The notes under the pieces: generated by a model
Told to the model about the DNA's origin: nothing
Databases searched by the model: none
Seen by the model: only the letters and a program-made list of their open reading frames with translations
From: Felis catus
Lineage: Eukaryota
Length of the DNA: 64,000 bases
Direction: 5' to 3'
NCBI RefSeq assembly: GCF_018350175.1
Contig: NC_058368.1
Coordinates: 62,684,001 to 62,748,000 of the forward strand
Position numbers and translations under genes: made by a program
Shown here: positions 51,907 through 64,000 of the stretch, piece by piece
Layout: the number at the start of each line of letters is the position of its first letter
Position numbering within the stretch: position 1 is the stretch's first letter

Positions 51907-54282
51907 GTCTTTATACATTTTTAATTCAATATGCTAATAATTTGTTGAGGATCTTTGAGCTTATGTTCACGAGAGATACTGCTCTACAGTGTTCCAATTT
52001 TGTAATGTCTTTATCCGGTTTTAGTGTTTGGTAATGCTGGCCTCATATAATGTATTAGGAAGACTTCTATCTGCTTCTATTTTGTGGAGAATTGATATAA
52101 TTTTTTTCTTCAATGAACTCACTAGTGAAATTGTATGGACCAGTTGACTAATTTTTTGAAAGTTTATTTACTATTTTTTAAAAATAATTATTGATTAAAC
52201 ATCTTTCATAAATATAGGGCTATTTAGGTAACCTGTTCATCCTTGTATGAGTTTTGGTAGTTTATGTCCATCAAGAAATTGTTCCACTTTATCTAAATTA
52301 TTTAACTGTGGGCATACAAATATTCATTGGATCTCTTTATTACTGTTTTTTTTTCTGTTCATGGGATCAGTAGTGATGATTATTCATTCTTTTCTGATAT
52401 TAAGAGTTGTGCCTTTGTTGGATAGCTTGGCTAGAAGATTATCAGTTTTACTGATCTTTTCAAACAAACAGCTTTTGGGTTTGTTGATATTTTCTATTGT
52501 ATTCCTATTTTCAGTTTTATTGGTTTCCGCTCTAAGTTTTATTCTTTCCTTTCTTTATCTGTTTTTGGCTTAAATTTCTCTTCTGTCTCTAATTTCCCAT
52601 CAGGGAAGCTGAAGTTAATGATCTTATATCTTTCTCACTTCTAATATATGTATTTAACATTATAAATTTCCCAGCACTGCCTTTCTGCCTTTGCTATTGC
52701 ATAGTATTATACATTGCATTTTAATTTAGTTCAAAATGTTTTAAATTTCTTTTCAGACATTTTCTTTGGCCCATGTGCTATTTTTCAATGTGTAAATTGC
52801 CAAATATTTTGGGGTTTTCTAGCTACCTTTCTGTTGACTGCTAGATAATTCTATTGCTGTCTGAAAATGCATTTGTAAATTTTTACTTCAAATTTGTTAA
52901 GTCGTTATGGTCAAAATAAGTTCTATCTTAGTGAATATTCCCTACATGTTTGAAAGTAACTTATTTTCTGCAGTTGTTAGATAATATGTTGTGTAATTTT
53001 AATTATATCAAGTTGGTTGATACTGCTGTTCAGGTCAACTATATCCTTACTGATTTTATGCTGTTTGATCTACCAATTACAGAAGGTATTGAAGTCTCCA
53101 AGTATAATAATATATTTGTTTATTCTTCTTGTAGTTTTATCAGTTTTTGCCTTGTTCACTGTGATCCTCTGTTGTTAGGTGCATACAGATTTAAGATTGG
53201 TATAACTTCTTGTAGTATTGACAACCTTATCATTATGTAGTACATTTTTAATTTCTGATAATTTTCCTTATTCTAAAGTCAGCCTTTTCTGAAATTTCTC
53301 CAGCTGATGTTAACTTGTAAACTTTTCCTCCATTTCATTACTTTTAACCAAATGAGAGGAATGCCCTTCCCCCAGAGCTCTGAAACAAGTTTCAGGTGAA
53401 GTTGTCCCTCCTGGAATGCAGACTTTTGTTGTAGAGTAGGTCCTGGTCCTATTTTACAAAGATTACTCCTCCCCTAAATTTCCAGAGTCACCAGGGGATA
53501 TTTCTTGGCTCTTAAGTATGGGATCCTGATGGGGTTCCTAGAGATAAAACCCATGAAAGTGTAAGATGCTTCCTAAGATTATAGCCCCTGTAGTTTCTCA
53601 TTCTCAGGCTAGTCTTCACAAAGCCTCCAGCAACTTGCCAAAGTTTCCATTTACATGTCTCTACAAATGTATAGCTCCAGCAGCTTGTGCTCCAGGGAAG
53701 CAGATCTTGGTTATGACTCTCTGGATTTTCCTGTCTCCAGAATTTTTTTTTTTCTGTCTCCAGATTTTGATGTCATATTTTGTCCTGCAAATTCAGTTCT
53801 CTAAAAGGAAAGTTCTCTGATAGGTCAGTAGTCCAAATTTTTCATGTTGTGAAGATGGGAATGATAACTTCCAAGATCTTTACACCTTGGAACTAAAACC
53901 AAAAATCCATCCAATCACTTTTTAAACCACTTAACCTCTTTTGAAAAGTCAACTGTAAAGATACCCAATTTGTTAAGTGCATATTGGTGAGGTAGAAAGA
54001 ATTAAGATAAAATATTTGCACAATGCTCTTAATTACTTTGTTGAATAATTTAACTCTGGGATTTATAAAAAGGATGTGAAAGAGTGTAATATGGCTTATG
54101 CTTGGAAGATATTTGGAAATAAGTTTTAATTCTAATAGTTTGACTCTAGAGCTCATCTCTTTCAATGGTGAATATAGTCCATCTTTGCCATCATCCCTAT
54201 AATCAATATAAACCATAAACATATCCTGATTAGTGCATATGCCCTGGAATTTTTGAGCCTATAATATTTCGGAGTCACCATG

Positions 54283-54752
54283 TGTGATAGTTAATTTTAT
54301 GTGTCACCTTAACTGGGATAAAGGGTGCCTAGAGAGCTGGCAAACATTATTTTTGGGTGTATCTGTGAGGGTGTTTCCAGAATAGACTAGCATCCGAATC
54401 AGTAGACTGAGTAATGAAGATATACACTCACCAATGTGAGTGCACGCCATCTAATCCAGGGGGACCCTGAAGAGAGCAAGAAGGTCAAAGAAGAACAGTC
54501 TCTCTATGCCTTATTTATCTGTGACATCCATCCATTTTCTCCTGCCCTCACCATAGGAGCCTCTGGCAGGACTTCAGACCCAGACTGAATTTTATACTGT
54601 TGTCCCTGTTTCTCCAGCTTGCAGATGACAGACTGTAGAACTTCTCAGCCTATATAATAAGATATATATTTATATTTATATGTATATTCATATTTATATA
54701 AGTATATGTTAAAATATTAGTTTTGTTTCGCTGGGGAACCCTGACTAATATG
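54283..54752 (+). mobile_element. MLT2B-like ERVL solo LTR
   Basis: TGTGATAGTTAATTTTATGTGTCA..GGGTGTATCTGTGAGGGTGTTTCCAG..GAACCCTGACTAATA; 5-bp TSD CCATG at 54278-54282 and 54753-54757. Confidence 0.92.
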
Positions 54753-56186
54753 CCATGTGATACACAACACAGTCTATCTGAATTATTGGAAGTAATTTTT
54801 ACTACCTGTGGAGAAATAATATTTTTGATATAATTTTTATATATTTTTACATACATTTTAAGGATTAGCTGATAAGCAGAGTTATGTGTATTTTTGGTGG
54901 AACACACACTGCTTCTTTTTTGCTCTTTCTTTTCTTTTTTGTCCTGAGCAAGAATAACAGTATGCATTCATATATTGTGTAGTATTGAGAACGATTTTAC
55001 ACATTACCACAGCATGGTGAAATCTCTAAATATTTAGTAAATTATATATTAAATTAGCGCACTGTGGTGTTTATAGATTATGGAGAACACCTGTGTAGTC
55101 TACATTGTAGTGCTCAGTTCAAACATAATCACTTAAAAATAACACATAAAGAATCAAGTAAGCTATTTTCCCATGAAACTAATGGTAAATCTTGGCTAAT
55201 ATTCAGTGGAAAGTTCAGTTATAGAAACGATTCAGTTTAGTGAATATAAAACCAGTATAAAACAAATTAATTCAAAATCACTTTTGGAAACTACATTTCA
55301 TAACATAAATATCATCTGAATATACTTCAGCTTAAATCATATACTCTTTTTGAGGAAACCAAAGTTTTAGATTTAGAATGTAATGCAACTTGTTAACAAT
55401 TAAAAAAGATGTTGTGTTTATAATTGGAAAGACAAGGGGAGATGTGTTGTTACCTAGGGGTATTCATCAGAAAGACATCTCCTTGTGATTGACATTAATA
55501 GGAGTTCCACATGTGTATTTGGGAAAGAAAATCTCCCTAATTAGTGTTTTCCTCCCATACATTTCATTTCTCATAAGGTTTAGTTGATGAGCTGTATCAG
55601 CAATACAGTTTTAGAAATGTTTATCAAAGAATGAATCGTGAAAACATTTCTTCCTTTGCATTTAGTGAGAAATCCAATATAATTTCATGCATAATTAGAG
55701 TTTAAATGATGCCATTAAAACACATAGTACAAAAAAGTAAACATATACATTTCCTATCCCAGAGTTCTAAGTCTTGGTATTTGAAATTATACTCTTTGTA
55801 GAGCTAGGAATTAAAATAAATAATGATTAATAAATAGAGACAGAGACTTTTTAACTTTCCAACATCTATAGTTCCATGAAACGTCCTAAAATTAAGTGTC
55901 TGTTATTATAAAGCGTGAAGTTATTTGCATTTATCCTATAGAATCATTTTGCAGAATTTAATGTAAATGTAAAACTTTCAAAGTTTTGTAGACCTAGCAA
56001 GTTTGAAATGGCTCATTTTTCATTACAGGTTATTTGATTTATTGGTGGTATTACTATGTCTTAGGTATACTTTTAGAAATGAGACTATAATACTCTTATG
56101 TTTAGCAGCTTTTAAGTCACTATAAAGCTTAACATTCTACTTATATGGAAATTATTGGATATATTTGTCCCTGAGATAATCATCTG

Positions 56187-56238
56187 ATCCTTCCTTCCTT
56201 TCTTCCTTCCTCCCTCCCTCCCTACTTCTTCCTTTTCC

Positions 56239-56285
<47 letters not shown>

Positions 56286-56305
56286 GTCTTTCTTTCTTTC
56301 TTCCT
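56187..56305. repeat. (TTCC)n/(TTTC)n polypyrimidine microsatellite
   Basis: Seen directly. Confidence 0.95.
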
Positions 56306-56479
56306 TATAAAACAATGAGGCTTATTAGAGAGGTCTGGGGACTCCAGCACTTATCATTTTCATCCCTCATTCTCTGCCCATATTATTTTTTCCCCTCCTG
56401 ACTCTAGTTGCTATTTTCACCACGAGCATCTTTTAAATTAATGTTGTTTTTAATGTAAGAGCTTTATATATAGCATGCC

Positions 56480-56982
56480 TTTTTTAGGCAGCACAATGAC
56501 TCCCCAAACATATCTATAACTTAATCCTGCAATCTGTGAATTCATTATGTTATATGGCAAAGGAAATTAAGGTTGGAAATGGAATTGAGGTTGCTAATCA
56601 GGAGACATTAAAATAAGGAGATTATTCTTGATTATCTGGGTGGACTCAATGTAATCATGAGTCCTTATGAGGCAGAGGGAGTCAGCAGTATCAGTGTCAG
56701 AAATGCTATGTAAAAAAAAAAACTAATTAGCAATTCCTGTCTCTGAATAAGGCAGAGGTCATGAGCCAAATAATGTGTACAGCCCACAGAAACTGGAAAA
56801 AACAAGAAATAGGTTCTCCCTGAGGGCCTCTGGAAGGAACCTAGACCTGCCAATGCTTTGATTTGAGCCCATTGAGACCTACTGAGGACTTCTGACACCT
56901 AGAAATATAAAATGGTAAATCTTTGTTGTTTTTAGACATCAGTCTTGCCAATATTTTACAGTAGCAATGAGAAACTAGTACA
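56480..56982 (+). mobile_element. MLT1D-like MaLR solo LTR
   Basis: TATGTTATATGGCAAAGG..GATTATCTGGGTGGACTCAATGTAATCA..GCCTCTGGAAGGAAC..GCAATGAGAAACTAGTACA; about 500 bp. Confidence 0.85.
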
Positions 56983-57146
56983 ATATCCAAAATGTAATTA
57001 ACAATTCACCCAGACATGCTGACAATAAAATGAAGGATAAAGCCCTCCTCCTTGTCTTCCTCTTCTCATTATTTTAGTTTCATCTTCCTACACCTGATTC
57101 TGTCTTTCTAAACCCCATACATATATTCAATTATGTAATTGTAAAT

Positions 57147-57328
57147 ATTTTTATTTTTGAAAGAGAGCATGTGAAGCAGGGGAGGTAAAGAGAGAGAAAG
57201 GGACAGAGGATCCAAAGTGGGCTCTGTGCTGACAGCAGAAAGCCCTATGTGGGACTTGAACTCACAAACTGTGAGAACATGATCTGAGCCCAAGTTGGAT
57301 GCTCAACTGACTGAGCCACCTAGTCCCC
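57147..57328 (-). mobile_element. Can-SINE
   Basis: GGATCCAAAGTGGGCTCTGTGCTGACAGCAG..GCTCAACTGACTGAGCCACC. Confidence 0.92.
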
Positions 57329-57386
57329 AATTCTGCATCTTTTAAAATCCTTTCAGTTTCTCTGCTTTTTGATTTCCATGTGCATT

Positions 57387-57490
57387 TATTTTAATGTTTA
57401 TTTTATTTTATCTTATTTTATTTTATTTTATTTATTTTTGAGAGAGAGAGAGAGTGAGCAGGCATATGCACGCATAGGTGGGGGAGGGGC

Positions 57491-57539
<49 letters not shown>

Positions 57540-57667
57540 AACAAAAGATCCCAAGCAAGCTCCATGGTGACAGCAGAAAGTATGATCTGGGGCTCAAACT
57601 CAAGAACCCTGAGATCATGACTTGAGCGAAAGTCAGACGCTTCACCAACTGAGTCACCCAGGTGCCC
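57387..57667 (-). mobile_element. Can-SINE with expanded (GA)n
   Basis: Body and head; TSD TCCATGTGCATT at 57375-57386 and 57668-57679. Confidence 0.95.
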
Positions 57668-57899
57668 TCCATGTGCATTCTTGACAGTCTGATTCTCACT
57701 TTCGTGCCCTGGACAGATGAAATGGCCTACTGAAAAACTCCCATGGCTTCTTCATTCTTGGCATCAAGATGTGCTTTATACGTCCAACTGAGACATAGGG
57801 TCCTCAAGTGAGGATTTTATATTTAAAATAGCTCTTCTCACAAATATATTTGCTAACTCACAGTATACTCCCTTTCAATCTAATAAAATTATAGTGATG

Positions 57900-58150
57900 A
57901 CGATAATAGTTACTCTTGATTGGATTCAACACTGAATAGACAGTAGGCACCAGTGCAAATGTTTCACTTTTATCACCTCATTTTTGTTCTCAGATATCTT
58001 ACTAATTAGTTATTTCCCTATATTATGATTGAAGACGTTGAAGTTCAGAAAAGTGGAACAATTAACCAAAGGTCACTCATCTAGATAACTGCATAGTCAT
58101 TGCTTGAAATTAGAGACATATAAATCTAAGACAATACATTTAACCTACAA
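57900..58150 (-). mobile_element. MIR
   Basis: TAGGCACCAGTGCAAATGTTTCAC..ATCACCTCATTT..AACAATTAACCAAAGGTCACTCATCTAG. Confidence 0.7.
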
Positions 58151-58333
58151 TATTATAGAAGATGCCAATGACTACCCAGCCCCTAAATCATACAGATAAT
58201 TCCCTTTTCCGTACTCCCCTACTAGAGCCATAGAGATTTGCCAGGCTGCTTTCAGGTAGCTGGTCATTTGAAAATTTTATTATTTTTAATAGAATAATTT
58301 AATAAGAAAGACATTCATATGGTTTCAAACTAA

Positions 58334-58348
58334 ATATATATATATATG

Positions 58349-58383
<35 letters not shown>
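58334..58383. repeat. (TA)n microsatellite
   Basis: Seen directly. Confidence 0.93.
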
Positions 58384-58387
<4 letters not shown>

Positions 58388-59484
58388 TTCCAAAAAGAAG
58401 TCTCCTTCCTGCTTTACCTTTTCTCACCCATTTCCCACATGTCCATCAATATTCTCTTTAATTCTTTGTACCCTTCTAAATTTATGCAAATACAAGAAAA
58501 TATAAGCATATATTCTTATTCTTCCTTTCTTACACAAAAAGCATAATATATGTAATATTCAGCACCTTCCTTTTTTTTTCTTGTGAAAAATCCCAAAACT
58601 ACAGAAATATGGAAGATAGTACAGTTATCACCTACATACCATTCACTTAGATTCATCAATTGTTTTGTGCAAGATTTGAAACTGTTGTGAGTAGCATTAC
58701 TATTAATAACACTTCCAACACCATGTATTAGAACGCAAAAGGAAGCAATACAAAGAATGATTCAAAAGCCAAAGAAATAATTCCAGGTTATGAAAGAAAG
58801 CAACTGCATTCCCATTATCTGGAGGTAAAATTTGCCGTTTTACTAAATGTTCATGTGTGTACCTAAGTTCTTCCACTGGTCAAACACATACCATTTTTCT
58901 AGGCAGTGTTTATTCTAATATCTAATATTAGATTCAGCACCATCACAGAATCTTTCAAGATATCACCCCCACCTTGAGGGAAGTTATGGAGCATTTCCTG
59001 AGCCTGAATAGTATTTGTGCAATGCGTGACCCTCCAAATGTTGGTACCTACGGAAGAGGCTCTTCTTTCCTGGATTTAAAGGCCATACTGAGTTTGAGAA
59101 AGAATAAGTGTGAATTTTTTTTCTAAAGAAAGTTTCTGTTTAGAAAAGGGGGAGTAATCCTTCTAATATAAAAAAATTGGAACAAGTCAAATTGAAGCAA
59201 AAAAACAAAGACAAAGTGAAAAATAGGAACTTAATTGAAAGAACTCACAAAAAAAGTTTGCAAATTAGAAAAACAGAGAGCATGTTTTTAAAAAGGAAAA
59301 GAGAGGTTTTAACAATAAAAAATAAGTTAATAAATTATGTGTAATGATATAAACTAATGAGCACAATAATGGGAACATCAACAACTTTTAATCTACATGA
59401 ATTAATTTGCTTTTTTGTTTCTAACTTCTCTACATCACATGGCAGATATTAATGCATCAATAACTTCACAATTGGAAGACATGT

Positions 59485-59893
59485 TGTATTATTCAGGATT
59501 ATCCTGAGAAACAGAACCAATAAGGTATATAGATAAGCTATATAAATTTATTTTAAGAAATTGGCTCATGTAATTATGGAAGCTGGCATGTCCAAAATCT
59601 GCAGAGTGGCCCAGCAGGCTGGAGACTAGGGATGAGAAATGCTATAGTTCAAGTCCAAAGGCCGTCAACTGGCAGAATTCCTTCTTGCTCCAGGGAGATC
59701 AGTCTATGCTCTCTCAAGGCCTTTGATTTTTGGATGAAGCCCACTCACATGATAGAGAACAACCTGCTTTACTCATAGTCCACTATTTTAAATGTCAGTC
59801 TCATCTAAAAACATTCTATGGAAGCATCCAGAATATTTGACCATATCTGGCAACACTGCTTAGCCAAATTACCACATAAAATTAATGCTCATA
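59485..59893 (-). mobile_element. MLT2C/D-like ERVL solo LTR
   Basis: TGTATTATTCAGG..GAGAAACAGAACCAATA..AATTGGCTCATG..GGATGAAGCCCACTCACAT..CACATAAAATTAA. Confidence 0.88.
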
Positions 59894-60056
59894 AACACAA
59901 TGTGACCCATATCCAATTATTGCTTATATGTGTAAACAATAACTATTATATGAAGATCAAAATACTCATGGCTTATAATAACTTGTGATACTGCACTGTC
60001 AAGTTAGTAAACACCATAGGTTCGGCAAGATACCCCCGCACACATATCCACATACA

Positions 60057-60160
60057 TATGTTTTACTTTGTGTGCCAACTTAGCAATTTGGCTAGGTTAT
60101 GATGCCCACTTGTTTGGTCAAACGACTGTCTAGACGTTGTTATAAAAGTATTTTCCACAG
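60057..60160 (+). mobile_element. MLT2-like LTR 5' fragment
   Basis: TTTGTGTGCCAACTT..GGCTAGGTTATGATGCCCACTTGTTTGGTCAAAC..GTCTAGACGTTG. Confidence 0.65.
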
Positions 60161-60164
60161 AAAA

Positions 60165-61205
60165 CAGAGCCAGCTTCATGGCTTTAAGACCAGGACAATC
60201 ACATAAGAGCACAGGCTCAGAGGGAACATGCTCTTGGAGATGAATGCTTTGATGCTGCCATCTTGAAATTCTTGATAAGCTTATCTTGGAACTTATCATG
60301 GCTAGCGCAGGCCATCCCTCCCAGCACCTCCCTGCCTTTCTGGAACACTTGCTGCCCCTGGCCCCCAAGTCCTACTTGACCTCCCCCTGCCCACATCTAC
60401 CCAGTTACTCCTGCCCACTGCCATCCCGAGCAGAAGCCTGGGTGTGTAGAGGGTGGGGTCATTGGGGGTCAACTGCCCCATGTTGTCTCAGTACAGGGCA
60501 AGGCACCAGCTGTCTGGCACCTTGATGTATTAAGTGGCACATTTGGCAGTATCAAATCTTTCCATTTCTTTTGTTTGTTTTTAATATTTTTAAGTTTATT
60601 CATTTTGTTAGAGAGACAGATGGGGCAGAGAAAGAGGGAGAGAGAGAACTCAAAGCAGGCTCTGCAGTATCAGTGCAGAGCTCAACAAGAGGCTCAAACC
60701 CACATATCACTGAGAGATCATGACCTGAGCTGAAACCAAGAGTCCTATGCTCAACTGACTGAGCAATGCCGGCACCCCTTTCTCCTATTTCTAATCTAGG
60801 TGTCAAGCATGTCCCAGTCAGAGATTGCAAACTTTTTGTGTGTCATCCATCCGGCAAGAGTTGGGATAGAAAGCTTATGGAAGGACACATACCAGGCTTG
60901 ACTTCCTCATCCTTACTGGTCATGGCACGTCAGTTCAGTTCAGTGGCTGTGAACACTGGCATGAATATGCCAGCCTGAAGATGGGCCCCTTGTTGCCTGC
61001 AAAGGTCTGCACTTCACTGGCAATTATCTCCATGCTGCACAATGCAACATTAAATAGCCAAAAATCACCGTGACAGGCTAAGAGAAAGCCTGTGAAAGAA
61101 AGGAAAAACTTCGTATTTCAGTACCCTTGACAACAATGTCCTCCTGCTATTTGAACAAAGGGAACCACATTTTCATTTTGCAGTTGGCCCCACAAACTAA
61201 AAGGA
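60165..61205 (+). mobile_element. Long MER45 family hAT element (MER45B/C-like), split by a SINE
   Basis: Left end CAGAGCCAGCTTCATGG..GCCATCTTGAAATTCTT; right end TTTGAACAAAGGG..CATTTTCATTTTGCAGTTGGCCCCACAAA; both homologous to 43245-43423. Confidence 0.8.
60570..60778 (-). mobile_element. Can-SINE
   Basis: AAGCAGGCTCTGCAG..GAGATCATGACCTGAGCTGAAACCAAGAGTC..GGCACCCC. Confidence 0.93.
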
Positions 61206-61224
61206 TCCTTTAAAAACCACCAGC

Positions 61225-61700
61225 ACCTCACACTTTGTCAAACCCAACGGGAAATCATTTGTCGTCATCTAATTCAACCCCGCAGCAGGATCTGACATGG
61301 TTGAGCTTTTCTCATTCTTAAAAATCTTTTCTGTTTTATGTTCTTCCTGGTTGTGTGCAATCCACTCTGGCAGTTCCTCCTCTGCATAATTGCCTTATGT
61401 GACGTTGACCTGAGCTTTAGTTTTAAGCTCTCTCTTTTTTTTTTTCTATAGACACCAATCTTCCAGGCTCAGCTCATCGACACTCATAGTCTTAAATACC
61501 ATCTCCATGTTGACTGATTCTCTGATTTATATATTCAAATATGACCCTTCCATTGAGCTGTTGAATTGACCTTTCTGCATGAATGTCTAATAAGCATCTC
61601 AACTTCTTATGTCCACAAATGTTCCCTTCCCTCAGCCTCAGACCTTCCCCACTGCATATAATGACAGCATTATCCGCACAGCTGCACAAGGCCAACACTT
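61225..61700 (+). mobile_element. L2 fragment
   Basis: GCAGCAGGATCTGACATGGTTGA..TTAAATACCATCTCCATGTTGACTGATTCTC..GAATGTCTAATAAGCATCTCAA. Confidence 0.75.
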
Positions 61701-62062
61701 GGCCTAATGAGCATTGTTACGTAGTTATGATTTGAGAAATTTGATTAAATTGGTTCTTAAGAAATGTAATAATGGGAATATAGGATTATTTGTGATGAAC
61801 TCTTTAGTAAAAGGTGAAAGATTTATGCGATCTGAAGAGAAACCAGAGTATTGTGATGAACTCTTAAAACTGAGTAAAGAATGGGGAGATGAGTGCCCGT
61901 TTTACTTCAAAAACCTTCAAAACCATGGATGAGCAGGCAGCTAACAACACATGTCTGCCTACTACTGAGTATACAGAAGAGGATCAAATTTATTTAACAA
62001 TTATCTATAGAAACTATATGTACATCGGAGTTAAGGAATTTATTAAAACTGTTTGAAGTCTT

Positions 62063-62277
62063 GGGGCACCTGGGTGGCTCCATCAGTTAAGAGTCCGACT
62101 TTGACTTAGGTCATGATCTCATGGTCTGTGGTTTCGAGCCCCCGGATTGGGCTCTGTGCTGACAGCCCAGAGCCTGGAGCCTGATTCAAGATCTCCATCT
62201 CCATTTCCCTCTGCCCCTCCCTCACTCATGCTCTGTTTCTCTCTCTCAAAAAGAAATAAACATTAAAAAATATTTTT
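62063..62277 (+). mobile_element. Can-SINE (SINEC_Fc-like)
   Basis: GGGGCACCTGGGTGGCTC..GGGCTCTGTGCTGACAGCCCAGAGCCTGGAGCCTG..AATAAACATTAAAAAA. Confidence 0.95.
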
Positions 62278-63639
62278 AAATGTTTAAAATCTCTAATTTT
62301 TGAAAACTGTGAGCAATATCCAAAATGAAAGACAAACATAATTACACTTAAGTTTTGGAAATTGCATTGATGTTGTTGAACATTACATAAGAGTAATTGA
62401 ATTTATTTTAAATTAATCATTGGTGAGACTACTTTTTCTTCTCTTAGAAAAAATTTGAGTCAGAATCATGCATTGGTTGAGATAGCAAATCAAGAATGTC
62501 CAAATCAAACAGATTTTATGAATATTATGGAAATTAACTAAACAGGCAATTATGTCAGCAACAACTTTTTGACTAAATTACTACTCATGAATTTGCCAAG
62601 TCATTATGAATCATTAAATTTTCAATCACTTGTGAAAATCTGTACTCACTAGCATTTTTTTATTTTAATTTTCTTTTTTTTTTACACTGGTTGTAATTTT
62701 AGGGATGTTATATAAATGTACTACCCACAGCAAGACAAAAAAATGAGGCAATATATACGAAAGCAGTATGTAATTGAATCTATATTAGATCATTTGTGTA
62801 TTTTACAAATATCACACAGGACTAATATCTTCAGCATAAAACATTTTGATCAAGAATCAACAAAACATGCTTGACAATACTTTCATTATCTTGGTCATTT
62901 GCTTTTAACTGTGACTTTGAAATCATTAAAATGGTAATTATTTTGCTCAACGATTTAAAAACTCATTGATAATAAGATAAGTCTGAAATTGTCTAGGGCC
63001 ATCATATATATATTATCCTACCAATCTTTTCAGAGAACCACTTAAATATTTCTGGAAATAAGACGTAAAACTATACAGTAAAGTAAGTACTATTTTGCAA
63101 TTCAATAATTTCAGCAATCATTGAATTTCAGATCAATGGTCTTCTTTTTGGGATTCAAAATCTATTTAGAAATTCAATCATATCCACTGTCATCTATGAA
63201 AAAAATTTTTTCATGTCTCCCTAATATTGGGTAAATAAATATCTTCTGAGATAATGAATTCCACAGAAAATTTGAAAAAAAATAAATTGATAGTAATATT
63301 AAAAAATTGGCTACTATCTTCAAATTTCATCATCTATTTTAATTTCATATTATCCAGTACATTCCTTCAATACCATCCACACACAGTTATTACTTACACT
63401 TAGTCCATCCCAATATGATCTCATGGGAAACTCTGGCAGCCAGGGCACTCTTTTCTGAAAACAAAAGCCTAAATTCAGAGAGGTCTGATGTAAATGAGAA
63501 TTAAAAATGTCTGTCAATTATCTCATAAAAAATGATACTTTTAGAGCTGCTATATATTATTTATTATATTAAAAAAACACTAAGATCGTAATTATCCATA
63601 GTAGATACTTTTTATTTAGTATCACAACGTGATTCAACC

Positions 63640-64000
63640 ATCCTGCAATTTTTAATGATTATTGAACACTACATTTCCCTCTCTAACCAGAGTTTCAGAT
63701 GTGAATTAAGTCCTGCTAATTAAAAGCAGTCTGAGATATTTGGAAGGCAGAAGTGGGGCATAATTAACTCCAGCCATTCATTCTCAGAGAGATGAAAGTT
63801 TCCTGTGACAGCATTCTGAAGTCATGTCCATTCCCCAGTTCCTTGTGTCAAGAGACAGTTACAATTGTTCCAGCATTTTCATGTGACTTTCTAATCTCTG
63901 TCCAGTGGCTTTGGAAGTCCATACTCTAACCTTATGAGTGTGAGAGGTCATTGCACTATGGCTTTTTGATGTTGACTTAGCTCCAGTGACAGCCTGAAAG
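63640..64000 (+). mobile_element. Possible LTR33-like ERVL LTR remnant
   Basis: CAGATGTGAATTAAGTCCTGCTAAT..GAGATATTTGGAAGGCAGAAGTG resembles recalled LTR33. Confidence 0.4.

Larger units (their letters stand above)
50150..53907 (-). mobile_element. Old L1 (L1MC/L1MD-like), antisense: ORF2 remnants plus 5' end
   Basis: Minus ORF 50973-51185 (KIKLSLFADHIIAYLEN, RT); endonuclease-region remnant to about 53300; 53350-53907 resembles an L1MCa/L1MDa 5' end. Confidence 0.8.

Noticed and set aside
53893..54222. 109-aa minus-strand ORF
   Set aside because: AT-rich, no recognisable motif, and a length compatible with chance in 64 kb.
56112..56315. K/E/R-rich ORF, and the YI-repeat ORFs near 13.6 kb and 58.3 kb
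   Set aside because: Translations of microsatellites.
1284..62277. Recurring similar short ORFs (..VAQLVK..AQVMIS..SLEPASDSVSPSL..) as a peptide family; SINE heads as tRNA genes
   Set aside because: They are translations of Can-SINE copies. The heads are tRNA-derived but do not form complete tRNA genes.
1..64000. CRISPR array, prokaryotic operon, intact endogenous virus, CpG island or processed pseudogene
   Set aside because: No regularly spaced repeats, no long ORFs, no recognisable gag/pol/env or mRNA-derived sequence, and CpG is depleted throughout.

Overview
AT-rich, CpG-depleted mammalian DNA, almost certainly from a feliform carnivore. The evidence is about 20 tRNA-derived Can-SINEs, mostly the feliform SINEC_Fc type with a (CT)n tract and AATAAA/poly-A tail, plus a cat-like L1 3'UTR. 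I find no credible host protein-coding gene, RNA gene or CRISPR array. Every ORF in the track with a recognisable product is a broken LINE-1 ORF1/ORF2 fragment; the rest look like SINE, microsatellite or chance ORFs. The window is intergenic or deep-intronic and dominated by transposable elements: L1s of several ages, L2, MIR, MaLR/ERVL solo LTRs and hAT MITEs (MER58A, MER45). The notable structure is insertion history: a three-level nested L1 stack with a 14-bp TSD, a near-full-length antisense L1 whose 3' end was apparently removed by a later deletion, a SINE inserted in another SINE's tail, a 16:4 SINE orientation bias, an unassigned GC-richer insert at about 40.4-40.85 kb, and a few weak plus-strand exon candidates. 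I cannot support a novel biological system here. Repeat family names come from recall of consensus sequences, not a database search, and boundaries of old elements are approximate.
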